A DNA stretch of 64,000 bases from Chrysomallon squamiferum (Eukaryota; Animalia; Mollusca): contig CM022666.1 of NCBI GenBank assembly GCA_012295275.1, positions 5,828,001 to 5,892,000 of the forward strand, in the 5' to 3' direction. Shown here piece by piece: positions 29,965 to 42,436 of this stretch. A program made the translations under genes and the position numbers. Position 1 is the first letter of the stretch. Each line of letters begins with the position of its first letter. The notes under the pieces were generated by a model. That model made no database searches. It was not told the DNA's origin and was given only the letters and a program-made list of their open reading frames with translations.

Positions 29965-30745
29965 TCACATTCACAAATATACATTTCAACTGAAAAAACA
30001 ATATATATCAATTATCTTTTTTCCTATCAATCTATTTTGACATTATTAATTTCAAACGATTGCGTAAATCATTATTCAAGAATGAAAGAAAAAAAAGAGA
30101 AGTAAAAATATATCTTGTTACTGATGCACTGAGCAGATGTGGCTGCCTTTTCCGCATCTTTTTTCAGTCCAGATTTTACATTTACCTATCTGACATTTGT
30201 GAATGTGAGAGGACCATGTTCTTTATTTGTGTGCTGACAGATAATTAGAAAATAATCAGATAACCATCAGAGATAATTGCTTTAACAAACTGGAAAGTTG
30301 TTTTTTTATATAATTCTTTCTCTCTCTCTCTCCCCCCTCTCTCTCTCTCTCTCTCTCTCAGTATATCTGTCTGTCTGTCTTTCTCTCTCTCTCTTTCTCT
30401 CACCTCTTTAATCTTTCTCTTCACTCAACATGTAAGAAGTAATGATCAATATAGCAATACAGCAACAGTTAAAGCATGTAACATTTTCAACAGCTAACAC
30501 CACCATGTCTTGTCCCAACCAAGTAATACTTTGAAAAACTCACACTGGCATAATCATCCAAACTTGTGTCAACCATGTAAAACATTCAACAATGCACACA
30601 AGCACAACATCACAACTCATATCAAAGATGTCATATGAAACAACCAAATCCTAATTCAACCTTGTAATAAATAACAGCTCAGACAACCAAATACTGATTC
30701 AACCATGTTAAACATTCAACAACTGAGACAACAAAATACTGATTC

Positions 30746-32076
30746 AACCATATAACACAATCTCATCAGACAACCATATAACACAATCTCATCAGACAAC
30801 CACATAACACAATCTCATCAGACAACCATATAACAATCTCATCAGACAACCATATAACACAATCTAATCAGACAACCATATAACACAATCTCATCAGACA
30901 ACCTTATCACCACAATCTCATCAGACAACCATATAACACAATCTCATCAGACAACCATATCACCACAATCTCATCAGACAACCATATAACACAATCTCAT
31001 CAGACAACCATATAACACAATCTCATCAGACAACCATATAACACAATCTCATCAGACAACCATATAACACAATCTCATCAGACAACCATATAACACAATC
31101 TCATCAGACAACCATATAACACAATCTCATCAGACAACCATATAACAAATCTCATAGATCTCATCAACCATATCACACAATCTCATCAGACAACCATATC
31201 ACCACAATCTCATCATCAGACAACCATATAACACAATCTCATCAGACAACCATATCACCACAATCTCATCAGACAACCATATCACCACAATCTTATCACA
31301 ACAATCTCATCAGACAACCAACCATATAACACAATCTCATCAGACAACCATATCACCACAATCTCATCAGACAACCTTATAACACAATCTCATCAGACAA
31401 CTATAACACAATCAGACAACCATATAACACAATCTCATCAGACAACCACATAACAAACCAACCATATAACACAATCTCATCAGACAACCACATAACACAA
31501 TCTCATCAGACAACCATATCACCTCATCAGACAATCTCATCAGACAACCATACACACATCACCCTTACAATATCATCAGACAACCCTATAACACAATCTC
31601 ATCAGACAACCACATAACACAATCTCATCAGACAACCATATAACACAATCTCATCAGACAACCACATAACACAATCTCATCAGACAACCATATCACCACA
31701 ATCTCATCAGACAACCATATCACCACAATCTCATCAGACAACCATATAACACAATCTCATCAGACAATCATATAACACAATCTCATCAGACAACCATATA
31801 ACACAATCTCATCAGACAACCATATCACCACAATCTCATCAGACAACCACATCACCACAATCTCATTAGACAACCACATAACACAATCTCATCAGACAAC
31901 CATATAACACAATCTCATCAGACAACCATATAACACAATCTCATCAGACAACCATATAACACAATCTCATCAGACAACCATATCACCACAATCTCATCAG
32001 ACAACCACATCACCACAATCTCATTAGACAACCATATAACACAATCTCATCAGACAACGATATCACCACAATCTTA
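30746..32076. repeat. 26/27-bp minisatellite, ~50 copies
   Basis: Unit caaccatataacacaatctcatcaga (26 bp) with variant caaccatatcaccacaatctcatcaga (27 bp), head to tail with no unique spacers. Confidence 0.97.
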
Positions 32077-33282
32077 TCCCAATGGTATCTCACAAGACCA
32101 TCAATCTTTACACAAGATGTGCACATTCCTGGCTGTGTGATGGAAAGACACGTCTTCGTTTGGCTTAAATGGAGTTGTTGTGTCTGTCATGTCCCCGTGT
32201 ACTTGACATGTAGCAGTTTGTATCTGCTGTGTGCTTAAGTGCAAGTTCTCATAGGACGACTACGGAGTCATCGTGGTCATTGTTTTTCTCTCTCGTGAAA
32301 ACAGGATTAACACAGACAAATGGTTTGAGAAGACAGCTGGAACATTGTGATGTATGGTGAATTGTCCTGTGAATGTTGTTGTTGTTGTTTTATTTGTTTG
32401 TTTATTTATTTTATTTTTAATCCTGATTTATTTGGACTTTTTGTCAAACTTGGTTGATAAATTGAAGTAATGTAAAGTATAAAAAGATAAGTGTAAATTT
32501 AAAAAAAAAAAAATGTAATAAAAACAACGTTAATTAAAGCACAATAATAATAATAACAATAATGATAAACCAATAAAAATATATAAATTTTAAAAAGTAA
32601 AATAACTAAAATTAAATTTAAAAAAATAAATAGTAAAAAAATAAAAGATATTAATTAAATAAATAAATAAATAAATAAATAAAAGGAAAGAAAAGAAATA
32701 ACCAAATAAATAAAGAAAGAAAAATAGAAGAAAAATGGAGAGAAAAAACCTCAAAATAAATAACTTGTATAATAATAATAATAATTAAAAAAAATAGAAT
32801 CATTAAATAAAAACATCACAAAATGAAAATACACAGATGACTAAACTAAGACACTACATATTGATAAATATGCACTGAATAACCACACATTCTGCTGTGT
32901 CAAAGTCAATAAACAAACACAGGTTTATTATGTAAAAAAACAGACACTAATCGATGAATATAGATAGTTGACAGCAAAAGTCTGTAATTATGTAGAAAAG
33001 TACTGAGCTGAACTTGTTTTAACAGATGATGTAGAGATAACAGAAGTATGTACACACACACATACGTACATGCATGCATACAAACATTACCCAAACTAAA
33101 TGCATATGCTGTAATTAAAAATCATTTGGGAATGAATGAAATCACGATTTTAGTGCACTGTTGTTCTCTATGGAATTAATAAACTGGAATTTTTTTTTTT
33201 TTATATACTTATTTAAAATATGTTAATTTTTTTTTTTTTTTTTTATATTAATTTTTACACAATGTTCTTAGTGACTGTTTAT

Positions 33283-33284
<2 letters not shown>

Positions 33285-33319
<35 letters not shown>

Positions 33320-35552
33320 CAACAACAGCAATAACAGCAACAACAACGGTAATAATCATAATAATGTGCATTATTGGCTTGTTTTACAGTTGTCCCAGAT
33401 AATGGTTATAACAAAAGCTACACAAAGAGGCCATCAGACACCAGCTGATGTTGGGGCACCATTAACTGAGGTATACTAATATCACACACCAATGACTCAA
33501 GCACTCTCGATGGTACAACAATCAAGTTGTTGGTCTGTAGACCTTTCACAAGGTCTCTGACCCAAGAGTGGATCTAAGGAGTGTGTGGTACTTGACATCC
33601 AGTGACACAGATTAGAAAAGATGATTTTTAAATGGCTCCTGATAATTTTAGATAGATATCTGGAATGGCTATGGATAATTTTTAAATATAATTTTTTATT
33701 ATTTTAAACAGAATTTATTATAGCTTTTGACTATTTTAAACAGAACTTTTGAATGATTAAATGATTCATTTTTTGTTAATAATAATAATAATAATAATAA
33801 CTACATCACCAACAAAGATAATAATAAAAAAATAATAATAAATGTACTGTAATAGGTTATTATTCTAATAAATAAATAATAATAATAATAATAATAATAA
33901 TTTAATTTAATAATTAAAAATGATAATAAATGTAATGTAATAATAATGATAATAATAGCAACAACAGCAACAACAATAATATTTATAACAACATGCATTA
34001 TTAGGTTGATTTTTTTACAGCTGTCCCAGATAATGGTTATAACAAAAGCTACACAAAGAGGCCATCAGACACCAGCTGATGTTCATTCACCATTAACTGA
34101 GGTATACTAATATCACACACCAATGACTCAAGCACTCTCGATGGTACAACAATCAAGTTGTTGGTCTGTAGACCTTTCACAAGGTCTTTGACCCAAGAGT
34201 GGATCTAAGGAGTGTGTGGTACTTGACATCCAGTGACACAGATTAGAAGAAGATGATTTTTAAATGGCTCCTGATAATTTTAAGTAGATATTTTGAAATT
34301 GGCTATGGATAATTTTAAATATGATGTTTAAACAGCTATTAGTTATTTCAAACAGAATTTATATATCTTTTTGGTTTTTGAGTTTGTTATTGATTTTTTT
34401 GTACTGATGATTAATTAAATCAGTTTCAGTTGTTTGTTTATACTGTTATGAAACAACACCTACCACATCACCAAAAACTACAACAAAATAATAACCAAAC
34501 AGATGCTCCAGGTGATTATTCTAATAAATGCAAAATGAAGTGAAATGGTTTTCTACATTAATAAGATTAGTAATATTTTAATAATAATAACAATAACAAT
34601 AATAATAATAATAATCATAATAATGTGCATTATTGGGTGTTTGTTTTTACAGTTGTCCCAGATGATGGTTATAACAAAAGCTACACTAAGAGGCTGTCAG
34701 GCAGCAGCTGATGTTGAGGAACCATTAACTGAGGTATACTAATATCACACACCAATGACTCAAGCACTCTCGATGGTACAACAATCAAGTTGTTGGTCTG
34801 TAGACCTTTCACAAGGTCTTTGACCCAAGAGTGGATCTAAGGAGTGTGTGGTGCTTGACATCCAGTGACACAGATTAGAAGAAGATAATTTTTAAATGGC
34901 TCCTGATAATTTAAGATAGATATTTGGAATGGCTATGGATAATTTTAAATATGATGTTTAAAGAGCTATGTTATTTTATAGAGAATTTATATATATGTGT
35001 GTGTGTATATATCTTTTTGGTTTTTGAGTTTGTTATTGATTTTTTTGTACTGATGATTAATTAAATCAGTTTCAGTTGTTTGTTAATACTGTTATGAAAC
35101 AACACCTAAAACATCACCAAAAACTACAACAAAATAATAAAAGCAGATGCTTTTATTCTAATAAATGCAAAATGAAGTGAAATGGTTTTCTACATTAATA
35201 AGATTAGTAATATTTTAATAATAATAACAATAACAATAATAATAATAATAATCATAATAATGTGCATTATTGGGTGTTTGTTTTTACAATTGTCCCAGAT
35301 GATGGTTATAACAAAAGCTACATGAAGAGGCTGTCAGGCAGCAGCTGATGTTGAGGAACCATTAACTGAGGTATACTAATATCACACACCAATGACTCAA
35401 GCACTCTCGATGGTACAACAATCAAGTTGTTGGTCTGTAGACCTTTCACAAGGTCTTTGACCCAAGAGTGGATCTAAGGAGTGTGTGGTACTTGACATCC
35501 AGTGACACAGATGAGAAGAAGATGATTTTTAAATGGCTCCTGATAATTTTAA
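33285..35552. repeat. Four-copy ~630-bp tandem array with a conserved ~290-bp block and AT-rich linkers
   Basis: The (t/c)tgtcccagat block starts at 33390, 34021, 34653 and 35290 (periods 631, 632, 637). Confidence 0.95.
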
Positions 35553-36880
35553 GTTGACTGTTTTAAACAGAATGTTTAAATGATTAATGATAATTTTAAA
35601 TAAAATAATTTTTGTGAATGGTTACTAAATCAAACTTTTAAATGGTTAGTAAACAGAATTTTTAATCGTTATTTTATTTTTATTTCTTTCTTTTTTTTTT
35701 TTTGTTAGTTTTGGTTTTCTTACAATGACACACCATTAGGGACTGATCCTAAAAGTAATCGCACAGCAACTTAAGAGACCTAACCTCAACCTAACTACTG
35801 CCCACGCCCAATTACGAGCGTGAAAAAGAGAACAAACAGGTAACACAGCATTTAAACTGAAGGAAATGTTCTCTGTAAACATTAAACACCTGCTTGAATG
35901 GCAGGCCAGCACCTGTCAGTATTTGAACCGATTATGAAAATATCGGCAGAAAATATTCGCACCCACACTCTGCCCTCCTCCCCCCCCAGACAATGTGGAA
36001 AAACGATGCTGCCTGACATTTTGGGAAACCATGTATGTGTTTGTCTGCAGAACAAGAACATGATGTGTTGTGCAGCTACTGGAATGCAGGTAAATTGGCT
36101 AATTGTCTGCTCCACGTGTGGTAGGTCGTGGGATCAGGACTCCCAAGAGGCCTGAACGAATTACTGAATGAATCAGCCCATGAGGGCTTCATCGGTTCCT
36201 TGTAGATGAATGAATTAATTATTACTGAAGAACAAAATGAATTACTCATAGAGGATTGAATCACTGTTGCATGTTATTATTATTAATTTTTTCTTTTTTG
36301 TCTATATTTATATATTTATTTATTTTTTATTTTTTTTTTTTTTTTTTTTTGAGGTATATATATATATATACACCTAAAAAAAAAAAAACAATATATATAT
36401 ATATATAGTTAAAAATAAATAAATAATAATAATAATATACATAGTATGCATCATTCCTTTTGCCATAGCATTTGAACTAACAAGTATACCAATGTCAGGA
36501 TTTGATCAGACTCAGACACAAGGTAAACCATCGGGCCTAGAATTCCAACCATATCTCCTTTTATCAGGTTTTAACATACCAATAGCTCTTCAAGGTTAAC
36601 ATCAATAAGCTGCCACTGCAGTTGTCTGCAACTGTTGAACTCTTTAATCATGGAGGTAGGAAAATACTGACAACTGACTGACCCATGCCCTCTGTGATTG
36701 TAAATACTTTTATAGTTTGAGCTATAAATAATGTATGTAGGTACGAAAAGGAAAATGTGATACCTCGTGTGCATGCATGTTCAAATGTGTTGTGTGTGTG
36801 TGTGTGTGTGTGTGAGTGTTTGTGTTTGTGTTTGTGTCTGTGTATATTTGTGGTATATGTATGTGTCTATATATGTATTT

Positions 36881-36929
<49 letters not shown>

Positions 36930-37987
36930 ATCTAGTTACATATGAATGCATTAACTTTGAAAAAATAATAACAATAATTAAATAAATTAATATGTAAAGG
37001 ATAAGCAAGCTGAAAATTATTTTTAGTCACATCTTATATGTATCAGCAGGAATGTTATATTCAAAACAAAACAAAAATGATTATTTTTCAAAATCAAAGC
37101 AGGTTTCTGAGGGTCGTTTTTGTTTTTTTAAATAACTAATCGGATCAAAACCATTATTTCTTCAGCTATAATTCTGATTTGATCTTTTAATATTCTTTTT
37201 ACGTTCATTCAGATAGTTTTCTTTTTCACTAATATTAAAAAAAAAAAAAACAAAGGGCTAAATACTAAATTGCTTTAACATAAATATTTTAGTTCTTGTT
37301 TTAACTAAAACTTTAAAATGCCACCTTCTCTTTTCAAATAATTGTTAGACATTAAACTATTTTTAAGGTGTAAACTGCTTTAAAATAAACATTCACAATT
37401 GCTTAAACCTTCCTCTTTCACAAAATTTATTTCCCAAGAGGAAAACTATTTTCTGAAACATTTTTAAAGAGAATTAAAATTAACAACAGTCCTAAATAGC
37501 TTGTACAGATCCACATTCTCTTAAACTTTTCTAGAAATTTACTTTTCATTCTAACTTCATTCTGAAACCAGTCTTCTGAAACATTTCTCTCTCTCTCTCT
37601 TTCCCTCTATCTATCTCTCTTTCTCTATTTATCTCTCTATCTATCTATCTATTGCCCTCCCTCTAAAAACATTTTGAAAACTAACTAGTAGTAAGGTCAG
37701 TACTGCTTTCACCTGTCTACTAAAACATGGCTGCCTCATCTATAAATAGCACGCTTCATGAAGAAAGTGAGGGTCAGTTTACAGTGAGTAAATTTAGTGC
37801 CTGGCTGTAAAGGCAGACTAGGTAAAGTGTATGTAGAAGCAGGTAATTACAAATGTCTTTGTCCATCAGTCTAGTCTTACTCTTAACTAAGTAGGAAGAG
37901 GAGGTTACAAGAAACATATGCAGTTTTTGGTTTCTGAGTGTATGAAAGCATATAACTTATAAGCTCTTCTTTTTTTCTTCTTCTTTC

Positions 37988-38019
<32 letters not shown>

Positions 38020-39201
38020 GTTTTGCTCTCCTTCCTTATTCTCTCATTTATTTATTTTTTATTATTTATTTTCATTATTTATTATTATTCTGAAATATAA
38101 AAAAAAAAAAAAATAATAATTTGCTCTTTTTTACCTTTCTTTATAAATTAAAGTTTTTTAATCCCAGTAATTTAAAATTTTTGTCTGTGTTGTACATTTT
38201 TTCATCTAACTTAATCCCCTGTTCACATTACCATAGCCTTCAGTTCAAATGACAAATAGCAGCTTTTATGCAGCCATTATTTTTCTTCTGTTGTGTTTTC
38301 CTCCACTAGTATTACGACTATTGTTATTGTTGTTGTTGTTAATATTAATGTTATTCATTAATGTATTTTCATTTTTATTCTTTTTTCAAGTGTTTCTTTT
38401 TAAATTTCTTTTCCATGAATATAAAAATAAAACCAAAATGACAAATAGAAGAAGAAAAATATAAGTAAGCAGATTGAATGGCAAAAATAAAACTATAAAA
38501 ATTCTTTACATTTTCTCCTTTGATTAACAACAGATGAATAAATATAGATAATAATTATTAAAGATTAAATTTATTACCAAACTGAGATCACTATCATAAA
38601 TAAGGGGAAATTGCTATTTATCATTCATTTAAGATAAAATTAAAACTGCACTAAAAAATTCAAATTTTTAATTTTTTTTTTAATTATAAATGCTTATTTT
38701 TGGTTTTTTTTTTTAATGTTTATGCCAGTTGGCAGATCTTTAAAATGAGCAATAAAAACAAAATGTCTTACTTCCTAATAGTTTGACAAATGACTACTGT
38801 AAAAATAAATAAAATGAAGCGAAGTAAAAAATCTGAAAAAGAAAATTTAAAATAATAAAGTTCAGCCAACCAAATGGCAAATTTAAAAATTAAAAATTTT
38901 ATATTTTTTTATTAATTTTTTTTATACAAGCTCAAGAAAATTATTTCTTATGTTTATTTATTTATTTATTTGTTTGTTTATTTGTTTGCTTGTTTATCTT
39001 ATTTGTTTATTTATTTAATTCTCTTATTTTGTAATAGATAACAATAAATAAATAATAGTAATAATAATATTTCTAAGCATTAGAAGATTGTTAATTTTTA
39101 GCTTTTTAACTAAAAGGAAAAAAATTATTTGCATTTATCATGTACAAATGGATAGCAGCTGGAGAACACTAATACAGATACTAACAGCTACCCCCCTCCC
39201 C

Positions 39202-39236
<35 letters not shown>

Positions 39237-39298
39237 GTTTTATTTCTCTGCCAACTGATGCAATCTATTCCTGGAACTGCCCTGGGGTCATGAATGCC

Positions 39299-39331
<33 letters not shown>

Positions 39332-39989
39332 AAAAAAAAAAAAAAAAAAAAAACTTAGCCAAAAACACCCTTGCCAATTTGCTGAAAGGTAGCCTGCAAA
39401 ATTATTACAGAAAACAGACTGTTGAAAAATAGGCTATTCCGAAATCAAAAAAAAAATAAAAAAAAAAGGAAAAAAAAATATGAAAATAAAATATATGCAC
39501 CCAAAAATATTCCTTGTGGAACTGAAACAAAAGAACTGTTGAAATCTTTTTTCATAACCAAACATGTTCTTATACCTGACACTACAAACAAAAGCCATAT
39601 TTCACACACATGTGTGATGCTGGGAGAGAAAAAAAAAACACAAAAAAAACCCCCACACAAGTCTACACAGTACATTAACATACCAGTTATCTACCTTGAT
39701 AAAAGACAAGGATCAAAATGGCTGCCATCTTGTTTTAACCTTTGACATTTAGGGAAGCAGAGATTATCTTGGTGGGTGATGGCTCACAAAACAGAAAGCC
39801 CAGATTACAATAAACAGCGCAGGAAGCAGGTTGTTATGGAGAAAGTCGAGATTTCATCAGCGGCTTCCATGCAAGAAATTAGCAGTCTGACGTCCCACAG
39901 AAATACCAAATGTAGCAACAGACATGGCTGGATAGGTGCAGGAAAGGAGGATATGTTTTAGCTGATGATGAACACTATCAGTACTTATG

Positions 39990-40576
39990 TCATCACACAC
40001 ATGGTTTACAATCGTACAGACAATGTAAGAAGAAACCCACCACTTTCACAATACATTACCTTTCTTTCAGGAAAGGGAAAGAAATGTTTTAGTTAATAAT
40101 GGTATCAACATAGTTTTTTAATCTGTACTTATTATCATCATATATATGGTCTAGGATCACACAGATAATGCAAAGAAATCCACTATAATTTTGAAATAAG
40201 TTACTCTTTATTCAAAAGAAAAAAGGAAACAAAAAAAAGATAAAATGCCTTAAGTTAGTAATGATATTCTTTTTATATGTGTCATGATGTATATGCCTGA
40301 CAATGCTGCAGACAGAGTATGAAGAAACCAACCACTTATACAGTATGTTATTCTTTTGCAGAGAGGAACAATGGACATTTTTTACACACCTTCAGACAAA
40401 GAGAAAACATCCATACAACAGACTGCAGAAAAGATTCAGTAGGCATTACAGGGGTGGAAAGAGAAAAAAACTCAGTAACTCCACTAAGAAGGGTTGATCT
40501 TGTTACTCATAGCACCTCAAAGAAAGAGTCTCTCAGCTGACTGTTGCAGGAAAGACCCCAAAATGATTGGAATGAG

Positions 40577-40608
<32 letters not shown>

Positions 40609-40684
40609 CTATGATTCCACTAACAAGGGTAGATCCTACTACCTCTAAGACCTCAAAGAAATGCTTAACCACCGAGTTACATAG
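39990..40684 (-). mobile_element. Cluster of decayed, probably tRNA-derived SINE fragments
   Basis: Minus strand from 40684 reads ctatgTAACTCGGTGGttaagc...taGGATCTACCC, resembling degenerate Pol III A and B boxes at tRNA-like spacing. A second head-like copy lies at ~40455-40540. The motif cagac/t...gaagaaacc(c)ac recurs at ~40017, 40161 and 40310. The family assignment rests on recalled resemblance to gastropod SINEs and is unverified. Confidence 0.5.
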
Positions 40685-42043
40685 AGATAATCTTTCTAAT
40701 TGCCAAAACCCTAAATCACCAATGAAGTTAAGCTGAACATCTGCCTGCAGTGAAAAAACAAAAACAAGAAATTATTTTGCTTTCTGTTCGTTTTGGGGGA
40801 TTTTTCTACATTTTAAAAAAAAAAATTTTTTTTTACCTCCACTCTCCTCTCCCCTCTTTCATGCTTTATGGGAAGAGAAATGAGAAAGTTGGATAGGGGG
40901 GGTGGACCCCCACAGTGATCACATGCAGTGGTTATTTCAGTGAATTATATACAGATAAAGTTTATGGCCCAACTTAAGCACTCCATTTAACACAGCAAGC
41001 CAGGCCGAAGAACAGCCAGGTTTTATTGCGTGTGTCATAAACATCATCATTACAGGTGTTGAAAGTTAAGTAATAGATGTTTAGACTGAGAATGTGTGTA
41101 AATATCACTGTATGTGTACATGCATGTGTGAATATTATTGTGCCTGTGTGTATGTGTATGTGTGTGTTGATGAAATCACAATATATGTGGTTAAGTCTAT
41201 GTTTAAGTGTGTGTGCATGTGTGAATAGTATTGTGTTTGAATGTATGTGTGTGAAATCAGAACATACATTTCATCAAAATTATACATTTAAATTAACTAC
41301 AATCAAAAACAGACAAACATTTACATATATGCATACATGTTCTCTGATCTATATAAATATTCATAATTTCATACTCTGGCATCCATCCATCCATGCATGC
41401 ATACATACAAACATACATCACACACAGACAGACACCCACAACATAAAAAACATACACATGTCATTATTAATTTAAAAAAATAATAATAATAATTTACAAA
41501 TTTGTGCTTTCAGTGTTCTTAAGATTTTCTCAGTTTTAAAATTAAAAACACTTTTTTTAGCATTCTTAAAATATTAAGTTAACATATCTAATTCCAAACT
41601 ACAAAAAGCCAAGGTTTTTTCTAATTTATTTCAAATATACATTTTCCTTCTTTTTTCATTCTTCGGTTAAAAAAAATGTTTAAAAAAAAATTCAGCAGAT
41701 TGTTTTCTGAAATTGATAGTCAAATTTTCAATCTTCTAAAAATACAGTTTTTCATTTAAAAAAAAAAAGATAGAAAAACAAGAGGAAACGGTTTTGAAAA
41801 AAAAAAAGAGAAGAAATAAATAAATATTTAAAAGGAATGACAATTTTTTTATTTTAAAACAGCTCTACTGGTGTTGTTAAAACCACACAAGCTTATTTTC
41901 TTACTGGTTATCTGAAGCCAAATTTAACATGATAAATCTGAAGTCTGAACTTAATCCGATTGCATTCCTTGTGTGTCTTAAGTCAGCCCGATATCTCAGT
42001 ATCTATGTCTGGATAACTCATAAACTGGTGTAAAGATAGGCTC

Positions 42044-42113
<70 letters not shown>

Positions 42114-42378
42114 CAGGACTGTTTGAGAATGAGAGAAATTCTGAATGCAAAAAGAAAGGATGAAAAACTAAACAAATACAAAAGCACAATGAGAATATAA
42201 AGAGAAAGAAAGAAAAGAATTATTCACTGTGAAAAATTGAAAAATCTGGAAACAAAGAGTGCAGACATTCAGAGAGAAGGTAAAAGAAAAGAAAAATAGA
42301 CAAATAATGTTAATACATAATGGAAAATAAAAGTAATAAATTAATAAGAGAAGAAAAGAGAAGAGAAGAGAGAGAGAG

Positions 42379-42436
<58 letters not shown>

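Noticed and set aside
30746-32076. CRISPR-like appearance of the 26-bp array (and the 31-bp array at 56120-57240)
   Set aside because: Units are head to tail with no unique spacers, there are no cas genes, and the context is a eukaryotic intron.
33285-35552. Four-copy array as a repeat-spacer (CRISPR-like) system
   Set aside because: The repeats are ~290 bp and the linkers are AT-rich and related to each other (2-3 resembles 3-4), so this is tandem duplication rather than spacer acquisition.
35882-36264. Overlapping short ORFs in complex sequence
   Set aside because: No recognisable domain, codon bias or convincing splice pair; the lengths are expected by chance.
40615-40684. tRNA gene
   Set aside because: The A/B boxes are degenerate and no cloverleaf can be drawn; a SINE head fits better.
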